Shown here piece by piece: positions 49,116-58,803 of a stretch of 64,000 nucleotides of DNA (the stretch's first letter is position 1; every line of letters starts with the position of its first letter). Position numbers and translations under genes: made by a program. Source of the stretch: a bacterium. GTDB taxonomy: Bacteria > Patescibacteriota > Dojkabacteria > GCA-016699595. The stretch lies in contig CP064982.1 in the NCBI GenBank assembly GCA_016699595.1, positions 11,647-75,646 of the forward strand. Direction: 5' to 3'. The notes below the pieces were generated by a model. That model was not told where the DNA came from, ran no database searches, and saw only the letters and a program-made list of their open reading frames with translations.

Positions 49116-49769
49116 ATGTCGAAACTAAATCAAACCCAAAAAATCTCAATCTATCTTGCAGTAAGTCTAGGTTTAGCTATTGTATACCCTGTAATTACAA
49201 AAAATAGTTTTGGGTTCATAAGATCAACTGCATGGTTATCTATACTTTTTTTGTTCCTAACTTTAGTTCCGATAAATATTGTCAAAACAATACAAAATCC
49301 TAAGCTCAAGAAGTTTGTCTCTGTGCTTGCATCCAACAGAAGAGTATTTGGCATTGTTTCTGGTAGCATTGCTTTGATACACTCTTCTTTTACTATATGG
49401 CAAAAGTATGATTTCAAATTGATCAACTTACTTACAAGAGAGACACTCCCGGGATCACTTGCAAATTTGATAATGCTATTGATGCTCTCTACATCGCTTT
49501 TCTCTGTACAGAGGAAGTTTCGAAATTGGAAGATGCTACATTCTATAGTTTGGCTGCTTGTTCCTTTGGTATTTGTCCACGCTTTGCTATCTGAAATATA
49601 TTTTGTAGATGTTTTTTCATGGATAATGTTTGCATTGATCGGTTTTCTCTTGCTTTTGGGTGTATTTAAGAAGTTTTTGAAAAGTGAAAGTAGAGATTAT
49701 CTCAGAGATTTGGTTTTGTTCTTGATTGGGACGCTTGTATCTATATCTGTATTTCTCTTTGTCAAATAA
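49116..49769 (+). CDS. polytopic membrane protein (possibly ferric-reductase/MsrQ-like heme-binding)
   Basis: Six hydrophobic segments with His residues in TM regions (ALIHSSF, VFVHALLSE); weak. Confidence 0.3.
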   Translation: MSKLNQTQKISIYLAVSLGLAIVYPVITKNSFGFIRSTAWLSILFLFLTLVPINIVKTIQNPKLKKFVSVLASNRRVFGIVSGSIALIHSSFTIWQKYDFKLINLLTRETLPGSLANLIMLLMLSTSLFSVQRKFRNWKMLHSIVWLLVPLVFVHALLSEIYFVDVFSWIMFALIGFLLLLGVFKKFLKSESRDYLRDLVLFLIGTLVSISVFLFVK

Positions 49770-49921
49770 TTGCCAAGGCTTGATTCTTGCAAATTGTGAT
49801 TGCACAATATACAAAGTTTCACAGTCTTCTACTTTTTGTTTGCTATACATTTTTATGATTTTCATTGCCAAATGATTTCTTTCGTATTATAATTTTTTAC
49901 TTTCAATTACTTCAAAAGTAT

Positions 49922-50005
49922 GCCGAGATGGCGGAATAGGTAGACGCACGGGACTCAAAATCCCGCGATAGCAATATCATGAGGGTTCGATTCCCTCTCT
50001 CGGTA
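49922..50005 (+). tRNA. tRNA-Leu (anticodon CAA), long variable arm
   Basis: Acceptor GCCGAGA/TCTCGGT, 3-bp D stem, anticodon loop CTCAAAA, T-arm GAGGGTTCGATTCCCTC. Confidence 0.75.
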
Positions 50006-50013
50006 TGAAATGA

Positions 50014-50084
50014 TGCGGGATCGTCTAACGGTAGGACAACGGCCTTTGAAGCCGAGAATCCTGGTTCGAATCCAGGTCCCGCAG
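50014..50084 (+). tRNA. tRNA-Gln (anticodon TTG)
   Basis: Acceptor TGCGGGA/TCCCGCA, anticodon loop CTTTGAA, T-arm CCTGGTTCGAATCCAGG. Confidence 0.7.
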
Positions 50085-50193
50085 AATTACTCTCAGTGCA
50101 ATGCTTCTAAAGATATTGAGAAATTTAAGTTGAGTTAACATTTGTTTGCACTACTACGTGTTTATTGGTACTCCCTTATATAAAATAATAACA

Positions 50194-51135
50194 CTATCCA
50201 ATAATCCTTCGAATGACGAATATTATGAATATTGATATAGCTAAGAGTGATATCCCAAGTATGATCAAGCTCATATACGGATGATATTGCATTGGTAAAG
50301 GGACATTCATACCATAAAAACTGGTGATGACATTTGGAATTGTGATAATCAATGTCAAAGCAGTGAGTAGATTGATTTTCTTTGTCAAAGCATTTGTAAA
50401 TACGATTTGATAGCTATCTCTTAGAGACTTTATACCTTCAAGTATAGAACCGCATGATACTGTAGCTTGATCAATATTGTTTTTCATGTCATCTAGTAAA
50501 TCCATATCTTCTTCATGAATTTGTATATATGAACCACTATTTATTTTTTCGCAAATCGACTTCAAGGGAATCAATATTGACTTGTATTCAGTCAGCACTT
50601 CTTCAACTTCAATAAGTTTACCAACATCTTTGGCACTCACGCTTTCCAAAGATAATTTTTGTTGTCTGAATTTTTTTGTATAATCCCTTATATTGAAAAT
50701 ATAATCTTCAGATATTACGCTAAGGAAACTGATCAACAACTTTGCTCTTTGACTTGTATATATTTGGTTAGATTTGAAAACAGACTTTTTCAGCTCTGTA
50801 TCTATAGGTGAGATACTTATGAAGTACTGTGGACTGATAATTATAGTAAATGTCTTTGTAAATATGTTCTTGTCACCAACAAGCCTTTCCGGAACTCTCA
50901 ATATGACAACTATAGTATCATCATGCTTCTCGATTCTTGGAATTTCTGACTCATCAAGTACATCATCAATATCTTCTAGTACCAAGTTCGGACAAAGTTT
51001 CAAAACTTCTCGAAAATCATTACTATCTGCATTTGTTATATCTAGCCATGAGTTTGGTAAAGTTTCGGCGATTTGGTTGAACTTAGCGTCATTATTACCT
51101 TGTGATTTTTTGTAAATGCTTATCATTAAATTCAT
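50194..51135 (-). CDS. corA: CorA-family Mg2+/Co2+ transporter
   Basis: YGMNVPLP GMN signature followed by two C-terminal TM helices. Confidence 0.75.
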   Translation of the reverse strand: MNLMISIYKKSQGNNDAKFNQIAETLPNSWLDITNADSNDFREVLKLCPNLVLEDIDDVLDESEIPRIEKHDDTIVVILRVPERLVGDKNIFTKTFTIIISPQYFISISPIDTELKKSVFKSNQIYTSQRAKLLISFLSVISEDYIFNIRDYTKKFRQQKLSLESVSAKDVGKLIEVEEVLTEYKSILIPLKSICEKINSGSYIQIHEEDMDLLDDMKNNIDQATVSCGSILEGIKSLRDSYQIVFTNALTKKINLLTALTLIITIPNVITSFYGMNVPLPMQYHPYMSLIILGISLLAISIFIIFVIRRIIG

Positions 51136-51227
51136 TATAACATGTGGAAAAAATCTGATTCATAGCATATAATTGTTTCATTACATACTCAGAAACCTCG
51201 GTAACTCATACTTGAAAATAACTATTT

Positions 51228-52505
51228 ATGAAAAAGTTGAATTGCAAAAAAATTATCCATACTATCGAAACTCACAGATTTTTGGTAGTCATAATTGCTA
51301 TATATATATTGGTTTCGCTAGCTCTTATAGCTTTGCGTCAGCAATTTTGGTATGACGAACTTTTTACCATGGAGTTGATAAAGTCAAATTGGAGTAGGGC
51401 TTTGATGCTCATGATTGGTGATGGCAAACCTTTTCTTTACTATATATTGACGAAGGTTTGGGGATATTTATCTCCAGATCAAACATTTCTTCGTTCTTCT
51501 AGTATAATCTTTGGAATTCCGTTCTTGGTTTTCACTTATAAATTCACAAAAGAGTTTATGAAAGACAAGTCAGCATACTTGATAATGTTGGTGTTGGCTA
51601 TAAATCCACTATTTTTAGTTTATTCTACGGAATTTCGAATGTATTCGATGCTAGCTTCTGCAACTATTATTTACATACATTATTTCTATAAAGCTGTTGT
51701 ACTCGGAGATAGTATATATTCAAATAAATTGTGGCTAGCCAGATTTCTACTAATTATGACTTCATATATTGGTATGTTTTTTCTACTAGCAGAAATTATA
51801 TTTCAGGCTTTGAGTTTGACCAAATCAAGTAGGAATATGAAAACTGTTTTTCTACGGTGTATAAAGAACTGTAGGTACGAGATAATGTTTGTAGTAACTT
51901 GTGCAATTTTGATTCGTCTACAAGTACTCATATTTCCAAACTTCAGTATTGCTTGGGTACCTAAGCTCACATTTCACAGTTTACCAAATTCTATTTTAGT
52001 TTTATTGTTTGGAATTGATCCAGGGAAATCAGGTGGCGCAAGTTCATTTTTGCAAGACTATATATATCATGTCATTTCGTACTTAGAAATAGCTATATAC
52101 ATATCTTTTGCTATATTGATCTACTTTATTTCAAAAAGCTCAAAGGTTACAAGTATAAATTGGATGTTCAAGCTCCTAAGTGCTACTTTTCTACTTGTTT
52201 GTTTAGGATCATTACCGATTTTGCCAATTAGTTTTTATCACGAGAGATACTTGATAGGGATTCTTCTCTCACTTTCAATTGCCGTTTTGGTATGGATGGA
52301 GCTAAACTATAAAAAAGTTTTCTTGTCAGTTGTTACTATTTTACTTTTAGTTAGCAGTAGTATTATTAGCAGTATTTTTGTTCAGAAAATCGAATTTGAA
52401 AAGCCAGGTACTGATATTAAGGATCTTATAGATTTCTATTACACTAAAGAAATAGAGAGATGTGGGTACTCATTGTTTGAACGGAAATACAATGGGTGTA
52501 TTTGA
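51228..52505 (+). CDS. GT-C fold membrane glycosyltransferase (ArnT/PMT-like)
   Basis: Polytopic; WYDELFT (DE motif in the first loop) as in GT39/GT83 enzymes. Confidence 0.45.
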   Translation: MKKLNCKKIIHTIETHRFLVVIIAIYILVSLALIALRQQFWYDELFTMELIKSNWSRALMLMIGDGKPFLYYILTKVWGYLSPDQTFLRSSSIIFGIPFLVFTYKFTKEFMKDKSAYLIMLVLAINPLFLVYSTEFRMYSMLASATIIYIHYFYKAVVLGDSIYSNKLWLARFLLIMTSYIGMFFLLAEIIFQALSLTKSSRNMKTVFLRCIKNCRYEIMFVVTCAILIRLQVLIFPNFSIAWVPKLTFHSLPNSILVLLFGIDPGKSGGASSFLQDYIYHVISYLEIAIYISFAILIYFISKSSKVTSINWMFKLLSATFLLVCLGSLPILPISFYHERYLIGILLSLSIAVLVWMELNYKKVFLSVVTILLLVSSSIISSIFVQKIEFEKPGTDIKDLIDFYYTKEIERCGYSLFERKYNGCI

Positions 52506-52574
52506 TGGATATCAAAGAAAAACCTTCTGATTCTTAAGTTTTTAGCTCGGCATAGTTGATGATAAAACAAGTAA

Positions 52575-53339
52575 ATGCCTATGCAAATTATGTCAACAAG
52601 TTATCGACCAATTGGCCAACATACAATTCAAAAAAATCTACTAGGTCAAATAAATTGGCCAGTACTCACTGCAGGAAAAGCACCAGAGATTGATACAAAA
52701 AACTACAAACTACAAATAATTGGTGAAGTTGAAAAGCCTACTATTTTTACTTATACTGAACTAGAAAAATTATCAAAAACCGAGCTTATTTCAGATATTC
52801 ATTGCGTCACAACTTGGAGCTTGTCGAATGCAAAGTTATTTGGAGTAGATTTTTATGAAATTATCAAGTTTGTAAATCCAAAGCAAACTGCAATTAGTGT
52901 AAGTTTTGAAAGTGATGATGAAATAGGTTATACAACAAGTGTGAAGTTTGATCCTGAAAAAAGACTTTTATATTTCCCTTATGAATTTGAAGAATATCCT
53001 GAAACTCCACATTCATATTTTGATAAGGAAAAGAAAAGAATTTATTACACAACTTGCTTACTAATTTTATCTGCAAATACTGATATTGAAAAACAAGTTT
53101 TGAAATTAGATAAAAATCATGGCGGACCAGTTCGAAATTTCATTCCTGATCTTTATTTTTGGAAAAGTGCAAAGTTTTTGAATAAAATTCGATTTTCAAC
53201 AAAACATGAACTAGGTTTTTGGGAGGTTAGAGGTTATTCTGATACTGCAAATCCATTTGTAAATGACAGATATTTTGATGGTGATAAGGTTCGATACACA
53301 AAAGCTCAAGTTTACAAAAGTAATAAAAAGATTAACTAA
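52575..53339 (+). CDS. sulfite-oxidase-family molybdopterin-binding domain protein (MsrP/YedY-like), no signal peptide
   Basis: APEIDTKNYKLQIIGEVEKPTIFTYTELEKLSKTELISDIHCVTTWSLSNAKLFGVDFYEII matches the MsrP core (...CVEGWS...W.GV.L..LL). Confidence 0.5.
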   Translation: MPMQIMSTSYRPIGQHTIQKNLLGQINWPVLTAGKAPEIDTKNYKLQIIGEVEKPTIFTYTELEKLSKTELISDIHCVTTWSLSNAKLFGVDFYEIIKFVNPKQTAISVSFESDDEIGYTTSVKFDPEKRLLYFPYEFEEYPETPHSYFDKEKKRIYYTTCLLILSANTDIEKQVLKLDKNHGGPVRNFIPDLYFWKSAKFLNKIRFSTKHELGFWEVRGYSDTANPFVNDRYFDGDKVRYTKAQVYKSNKKIN

Positions 53340-53512
53340 ATAATTTAATTTAACTAAAACTAAGATGGATCAAAATAAATTTAGTAAGTTTTTACAAGGG
53401 TCTGATCTCAGAACTTTAGGTGAAAGCCAAGAAATTTTGAATTTGGATATTTCTCAAGCAGACTTTGATAAACTAGTTGATTTACTAAATTCAAAAAAAA
53501 AGATCTGTAAAG

Positions 53513-53881
53513 ATGAAAGTGATTGATTTAATCGAAAAGATAAGTAGGAAAAATAAGCATGATCTTGATTTGCACAAAGATTATTTTTTGAGTTTAATCC
53601 AAAAAGATTTAGATATTGAATTTAAGTGGCATTTAGTTCAAATAATTCCAAGGTTAAATTTAACTCCACAAGAACTAGAAAATGTTTGGAATTTTCTAAC
53701 TGAAATACTTAAAAACAAAAAGGAAAGTAGGATAGTTAGAGCTTTTTCAATCACAACAACAGAAGAATTGTTCCAAATAGACAAAATCAAATACAAGAAA
53801 TTCAAACAACTTTTGGCAAATGTTCAAAAAGAAAATATCCCATCGCTAAATTCTAAAATAAAAAAAATTCTTAATTCATAA
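53513..53881 (+). CDS. hypothetical protein (possibly the 3' part of a frameshifted gene with the 53365-53526 mini-ORF)
   Basis: 122-aa ORF; an upstream 53-aa ORF in another frame overlaps it at an A9 run. Confidence 0.3.
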   Translation: MKVIDLIEKISRKNKHDLDLHKDYFLSLIQKDLDIEFKWHLVQIIPRLNLTPQELENVWNFLTEILKNKKESRIVRAFSITTTEELFQIDKIKYKKFKQLLANVQKENIPSLNSKIKKILNS

Positions 53882-53884
53882 ATA

Positions 53885-55249
53885 ATGTACATTCACTGGT
53901 TTCGATCTGATCTAAGACTTTGGGATAATCATGCATTATCGGTATCTTTGGATCTAGCTAAAAATAAAAGTGATCTTAAATTTCTTTGGATTTGGGATAA
54001 AAATATTACTTCTTTCAATTCTGATAATATTAAAATAAAATATTTAACCTCAAGGTTAGACTTTCTAAAATCCGAAGTTGAGAAACATGGGTTTGAATTC
54101 ATTGAATCAACCGGCAAGCCCACTCAAATATTCGCCACATTACTAGATAAGTACAAAACATTGCAAGTTTTTGCAAATGAAGATTATTCTCCTTACTCTA
54201 AATCACGAGACAAGTTAGTTTCAGAATTATTAAACTTGCATGATTCTGAGCTTAATTTATTCAAAGATTCTACAATCTTTCCAGATATTATTAATTCAAA
54301 AACAAAATTACCTTACAAAGTTTTAACTTATTATAAAACTGAGTGGCTAAATAAACTAAATATTGACATTGATTTGAAAAATTATTCAAATGATATTTTC
54401 TTGCAAAGTGATACTGAAAGTTTTGACGAGTTTCTAAGTTCAAAAATTTACGATTACCACAAAAGTAGGGATTTGATAGCTGAAAATGGAACTAGCAAAA
54501 TTTCTCATTTACTTAAATTTGGAGTTATTTCGATCCGGTATGTAATTCGTGAAATTGTAAAAGTTTATCTTGAAAGTAATTTAGATTTGAAAGATTTTCG
54601 TAGTTTAAAATTAAATCCAAAATTCTCTGGAGTTGAAAGTTACTTATCTGAAATTATTTGGAGAGAGTTTTATAAAATGATTTTGAATTTTTATCCTGAA
54701 GTTGCAAAATTAGCTTTTCAAGAAAAGTATAGAAAGCTGAACTGGGATTTGAATTTTGAGGATATAGTTTGGCAAAATGAAATTCCAGTTTTGAAAACTC
54801 AATTCCAAAATAACTCAATTAAACTTAAAGCATATAACAACTTTTTAAAGTTTATAAACTCCCAAACTGGTTTTGAGTTAGTTGATGCAGGAATTGCACA
54901 ATTAAATTTAGAATATTGGATGCATAATCGTGTTCGAATGATTATAGCTTCATTTTTGACTAAAGATTTACATATAGATTGGCGACTTGGAAAATATTAT
55001 TTCAAATTGAAACTACTTGATTGGGATTTAGCAAGTAATAATGGAGGTTGGCAATGGAGTGCAGGAGTTGGCACTGATGCCGCGCCATACTTCAGAATCT
55101 TCAACCCAGATGAACAAGCTGAAAAATATGATCCGAAAAGAATTTATAGAGATAAATATTTGAAAGAGCGAGATAAATTAGAGAAAATGATAGATCATAA
55201 ACTTGAGCGAGTTAGAGCTTTGGAAAGATATCAAAGCACGAGTATTTGA
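53885..55249 (+). CDS. phr: deoxyribodipyrimidine photolyase/cryptochrome family protein
   Basis: N-terminal HWFRSDLRLWDNHAL; FAD domain WREFYKMIL and GWQWSAGVGTDAAPYFRIFNP. Confidence 0.85.
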   Translation: MYIHWFRSDLRLWDNHALSVSLDLAKNKSDLKFLWIWDKNITSFNSDNIKIKYLTSRLDFLKSEVEKHGFEFIESTGKPTQIFATLLDKYKTLQVFANEDYSPYSKSRDKLVSELLNLHDSELNLFKDSTIFPDIINSKTKLPYKVLTYYKTEWLNKLNIDIDLKNYSNDIFLQSDTESFDEFLSSKIYDYHKSRDLIAENGTSKISHLLKFGVISIRYVIREIVKVYLESNLDLKDFRSLKLNPKFSGVESYLSEIIWREFYKMILNFYPEVAKLAFQEKYRKLNWDLNFEDIVWQNEIPVLKTQFQNNSIKLKAYNNFLKFINSQTGFELVDAGIAQLNLEYWMHNRVRMIIASFLTKDLHIDWRLGKYYFKLKLLDWDLASNNGGWQWSAGVGTDAAPYFRIFNPDEQAEKYDPKRIYRDKYLKERDKLEKMIDHKLERVRALERYQSTSI

Positions 55250-55421
55250 CTTTCTACAAAACTTATTTGCTATTTGGGTAACTTATAAAACTCTAATATA
55301 CTTTGTATAGAGTAAGTGTGCTTGCTAATACTCGACTTGTAATTGATTCAGTTTGTAAATAATCAATTCTACGAACATAATTGTCATGTAACTTGGATAG
55401 ATTTGTTTTATAATAGAAACT

Positions 55422-56351
55422 ATGTTTCTGAATATCTTGATACTTATAGGAATTTTTTTGCTACTAGCCTTCGCTTCTGACTTGGTAGTTCAGAAATTTC
55501 GTTTTTTGAGTTCGATACTAAATATCCCTCTTTTCATCTTTGGAGTGCTACTTGGCATGATCACTACTCTGCCTGAACTTTTTGTTGGACTAAGTGCTAT
55601 AAATGATGGGATAGCTGCTGTCTCATTAGGAAATTTGTTTGGTGGAATAATAATTCTATTTGGACTTGTGATACCAGTCAATTTACTGATGAATAGTGAA
55701 ATCAAGACTAGTGGTAGTTTGAAAACTTTGCTTCCTAAATCTTTTTTGATATTGTTTCCTATGATACTTGGTTTAGATGGTAAACTTGCTACAAGAGATG
55801 GGATTGCAATAATACTTTTGTATATAGTCCTCATGATCTATCTATACTTTGTCAAATACAATCATGACCAACATATAGAAGTAGAAAATGTAAATCCAAG
55901 AAAGGTAGGTGAAGCAATACTCATAACCATATTTAGTATAACAATAATTGCAGTTAGTTCTCATTTTGTTGTCCAAATAGCAAGTCAGATTCTCGCCGAA
56001 ACTGCATTAGATACATTTGTCGTTGGATCTATTTTCTTTGCTATATTTACAAATCTACCTGAACTGATAGTTTCATTTACTGCAGTGAAACGAAAGAGCG
56101 ATAAACTATCTACAAATTATATTACAGGATCTGCGCTTGCAAGTACTCTTGTTGTTGGTTTGCTTGCTATAATCCATCCCATTTCCTTTGAGATAACCCC
56201 AGCATACTATTTGACAGCGTTTACTATGATGATTTTGCTTGTAATGTATAACTATTTTTTCAGTACAGATAGGAAACTTGATAGGAAAGAAGGAATGGTA
56301 TTGATGATAATATATACAGTATATGTAGTTGCTAGTTTCATTATCAAATAA
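55422..56351 (+). CDS. Ca2+/Na+ antiporter (CaCA/YrbG family)
   Basis: Two alpha-repeats: TTLPELFVGLSAINDG...GNLFGGIIILFGL and FTNLPELIVSFTAV...GSALASTLVVGLLAI. Confidence 0.7.
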   Translation: MFLNILILIGIFLLLAFASDLVVQKFRFLSSILNIPLFIFGVLLGMITTLPELFVGLSAINDGIAAVSLGNLFGGIIILFGLVIPVNLLMNSEIKTSGSLKTLLPKSFLILFPMILGLDGKLATRDGIAIILLYIVLMIYLYFVKYNHDQHIEVENVNPRKVGEAILITIFSITIIAVSSHFVVQIASQILAETALDTFVVGSIFFAIFTNLPELIVSFTAVKRKSDKLSTNYITGSALASTLVVGLLAIIHPISFEITPAYYLTAFTMMILLVMYNYFFSTDRKLDRKEGMVLMIIYTVYVVASFIIK

Positions 56352-56385
56352 TAATTTTAATTTCACTTAACCTTAAAATAATCAA

Positions 56386-56649
56386 ATGTCAAATACTCAA
56401 ACAAACACAAACAACAAAAAATGTGAATCATGCTTTATGCCTTTATCTCAAGACAAAGGAAATAGTGGCTCAGACAAATATTGCAGTTATTGCTACAAAG
56501 AGGGTAAATTTACTTACGAAGGCGACTGGAAGGGATTTGAAAAAGCTACTTACGAAGCGATGGTTGCAAATGGGATGAATAGATTTCAAGCCAAAGTATA
56601 TGCTTGGATGACAAAGTTTGCTCCTAGATGGAAGAATAACAACAAATAA
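56386..56649 (+). CDS. putative zinc-ribbon domain protein
   Basis: CESCFMPL...YCSYCYKEGKF. Confidence 0.45.
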   Translation: MSNTQTNTNNKKCESCFMPLSQDKGNSGSDKYCSYCYKEGKFTYEGDWKGFEKATYEAMVANGMNRFQAKVYAWMTKFAPRWKNNNK

Positions 56650-56700
56650 TTCAAACTATAAATTCAATAAATACAATATCAATCAAGGGCAAGCACATCA

Positions 56701-57123
56701 ATATATCTCAATTTCTCAAACCAAACTGAAGAAGCTTTCAACTTTTATAAATCAGTTTTTGCAACTGATTTTGTTGGAGAAATTACAAGGCTTGGAGACA
56801 TTCCACATCAACAAGGTCAAGTAGAACTCGATGAAGTTACAAAAAAACTAATAATGCATGTTCAACTTCCACTTTTAGGAGGAGTTATGCTTCATGGAAC
56901 TGACGATCCAGAAAGCACGAATTTCAAAGTCATTCAAGGGAATAATTTCTACATCATGCTTGAACCTGATACTAAGTATGAAGCAGATCAATTATTCTCA
57001 AAGCTATCAGAAGGTGGTAAAGTTGAAATGCAAATGACAGATATGTTTTGGGGAGATTATTGGGGTTCATTTACTGACAAATTTGGTTTAAATTGGATGA
57101 TAAATGTAGTTGCAAAGAAATAA
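56701..57123 (+). CDS. PhnB-like VOC/glyoxalase-fold protein; the N-terminal half is encoded upstream of the only ATG (56854) with no canonical start
   Basis: The in-frame upstream sequence TSIYLNFSNQTEEAFNFYKSVF aligns with the intact paralog MQSITPFLWFDKNLEEKINYYKSIF; C-terminal FGLNWMINV. Confidence 0.45.
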   Translation: MYLNFSNQTEEAFNFYKSVFATDFVGEITRLGDIPHQQGQVELDEVTKKLIMHVQLPLLGGVMLHGTDDPESTNFKVIQGNNFYIMLEPDTKYEADQLFSKLSEGGKVEMQMTDMFWGDYWGSFTDKFGLNWMINVVAKK

Positions 57124-57135
57124 CTTTTTAAAAAC

Positions 57136-57336
57136 ATGTCATTTCAATCATACATTACAAATATCGAACAAAAAACTGGAAAATCATTAGATGAAATTAT
57201 ATTGCACATTCAAAGTAGTAACATTCTATCAGAATCAAAAAGGCCGATGGAAATTATAAAGTATATAAAGTCAGAATTTGATCTTGGTTTAGGACATGCA
57301 AGAGCAATTTATGCAGTATTGAAAAGTAAAAGCTAA
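57136..57336 (+). CDS. DUF4287 domain protein
   Basis: MSFQSYITNIEQKTGKSLDEI... is typical of DUF4287. Confidence 0.5.
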   Translation: MSFQSYITNIEQKTGKSLDEIILHIQSSNILSESKRPMEIIKYIKSEFDLGLGHARAIYAVLKSKS

Positions 57337-57344
57337 TTAAATAA

Positions 57345-57812
57345 ATGAAAGAATTTGTAAAGTTTCACAAAAACGGGACAATTTGGGCAAAGGGATTTAT
57401 GAAGAATGATAAGCAAGAGGGTTACTGGGAATTTTATAGAATTGATGGAAGTATACTTAGATCAGGAAGTTTCAAAGATGGCAAACAGGTAGGAATTTGG
57501 ACAACTTATGATAAATTGGGTAAAGTATATAAAACAACAATTCTCATGAAGGAAAATGTACCGCACAAAACACCACCTGCAGATTTTGCAAAAGTTATTT
57601 TGAGTAATGCTAAAGTAAGACAGACTTGGGAGGCAATCACACCGCTTGCAAGAAGTGAATGGATTTGTTTTTTAACATCTACAAAAACAGAAAAAGGTAA
57701 GTTACAAAGATATGCAAGAGCTGAAGATCAATTAGCGCGAGGTCAAAAAAGGCCATGTTGCTGGCCTGGATGTCCACATAGAAATCCAAACGCAGCAAAG
57801 TATTTCAAATAA
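57345..57812 (+). CDS. YwqK/MORN-like repeat N-terminus fused to an OmdA/YdeI-like C-terminal domain
   Basis: GYWEFYRIDGSILRSGSFKDGKQVGIWTTY repeats; C-terminal TWEAITPLARSEWICFLTSTKTEKGKLQRYARAEDQL. Confidence 0.4.
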   Translation: MKEFVKFHKNGTIWAKGFMKNDKQEGYWEFYRIDGSILRSGSFKDGKQVGIWTTYDKLGKVYKTTILMKENVPHKTPPADFAKVILSNAKVRQTWEAITPLARSEWICFLTSTKTEKGKLQRYARAEDQLARGQKRPCCWPGCPHRNPNAAKYFK

Positions 57813-57870
57813 AAACTTAATTAAGTTCAAATATTGCGCAATTTGTTTACCTTATCTAAAAATTCAAAAT

Positions 57871-58746
57871 ATGCAAAGTATAACTCCATTTCTATGGTTT
57901 GATAAAAACTTAGAAGAAAAAATAAATTACTACAAAAGTATTTTTCCCAAATTTAAACGATTAGGTGAAACTCAAGTTATCGCTGATACTCCAAGTGGAA
58001 GAATTGAGATAGGTGAATTTGAATTGTTTGATAGAAAATTGACTTTTATGGCAGCTGGACCTGAATTTGTATTCAATCCAAGTATTTCTCTTTCAATTTG
58101 GCATAATGATGAAAAGACATTGGATGAGATTTGGGATAAATTAACAGAAGAAGGAGAAGTAATGATGGAATATCAAAGTTATGATTTTGCACCTAAGTAT
58201 GGTTGGTGCAATGATAAGTTTGGACTTAGCTGGCAAGTTATGCTAACTAACTCAGAACCAGTACCTTCACTTTCACCAAGTTTGATGTTCACTCATGAAA
58301 ATAACGGCAAAGCAAAAGAAGCTATAGAATTTTATACTTCATTATTTCCAAGTTCTGAAATAGGCAAACTTTATGAATATGGAGAAAATCCATTTGTAGA
58401 GAATTCAAAGAATTTATCTCATGCTGAGTTTAAACTATGTGGAGAACAATTTCTTGCAAATGATAGTGGATTAGATCATAAGTTTGATTTCAATGAATCA
58501 ATTTCATTTATCATAAATTGCAAAGGTCAAGAAGAAGTTGATTTTTTTTGGGATAAACTTATCTCAAATGGAGGAGAAGAATCTCAATGTGGTTGGTGTA
58601 AAGATAAGTATGGAGTTAGTTGGCAAGTAATTCCTGAAGAACTAAACGAAGCAACTTCAAATCCTGACCCCGAAAAAGCAAATTATGCAACTCAAGCAAT
58701 GCTGGAGATGAAAAAGATAGTTATAAAGGATTTGTATAAGGAATAG
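57871..58746 (+). CDS. tandem double PhnB-like (3-demethylubiquinone-9 3-methyltransferase-type) VOC domain protein
   Basis: Two halves each with ITPFLWF/LMFTHENNG ... KFGLSWQVM / KYGVSWQVI. Confidence 0.6.
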   Translation: MQSITPFLWFDKNLEEKINYYKSIFPKFKRLGETQVIADTPSGRIEIGEFELFDRKLTFMAAGPEFVFNPSISLSIWHNDEKTLDEIWDKLTEEGEVMMEYQSYDFAPKYGWCNDKFGLSWQVMLTNSEPVPSLSPSLMFTHENNGKAKEAIEFYTSLFPSSEIGKLYEYGENPFVENSKNLSHAEFKLCGEQFLANDSGLDHKFDFNESISFIINCKGQEEVDFFWDKLISNGGEESQCGWCKDKYGVSWQVIPEELNEATSNPDPEKANYATQAMLEMKKIVIKDLYKE

Positions 58747-58803
58747 TGCTTTGAATTGCTTTCCTGTTAGGAAAGCTCCATGCAGGGGTGATAGGTTAAA
58801 AAT

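Noticed and set aside
49922-50190. Integrase or transposase marking a mobile element at the tRNA-Leu/Gln site
   Set aside because: No integrase, recombinase or transposase-like ORF is recognisable in the 14 kb downstream, so no mobile_element feature is called. Island status remains inference.
56618-56824. 68-aa ORF (MLLDGRITTNN...)
   Set aside because: It overlaps the region whose other frame encodes the conserved PhnB N-terminus. The PhnB frame is preferred.
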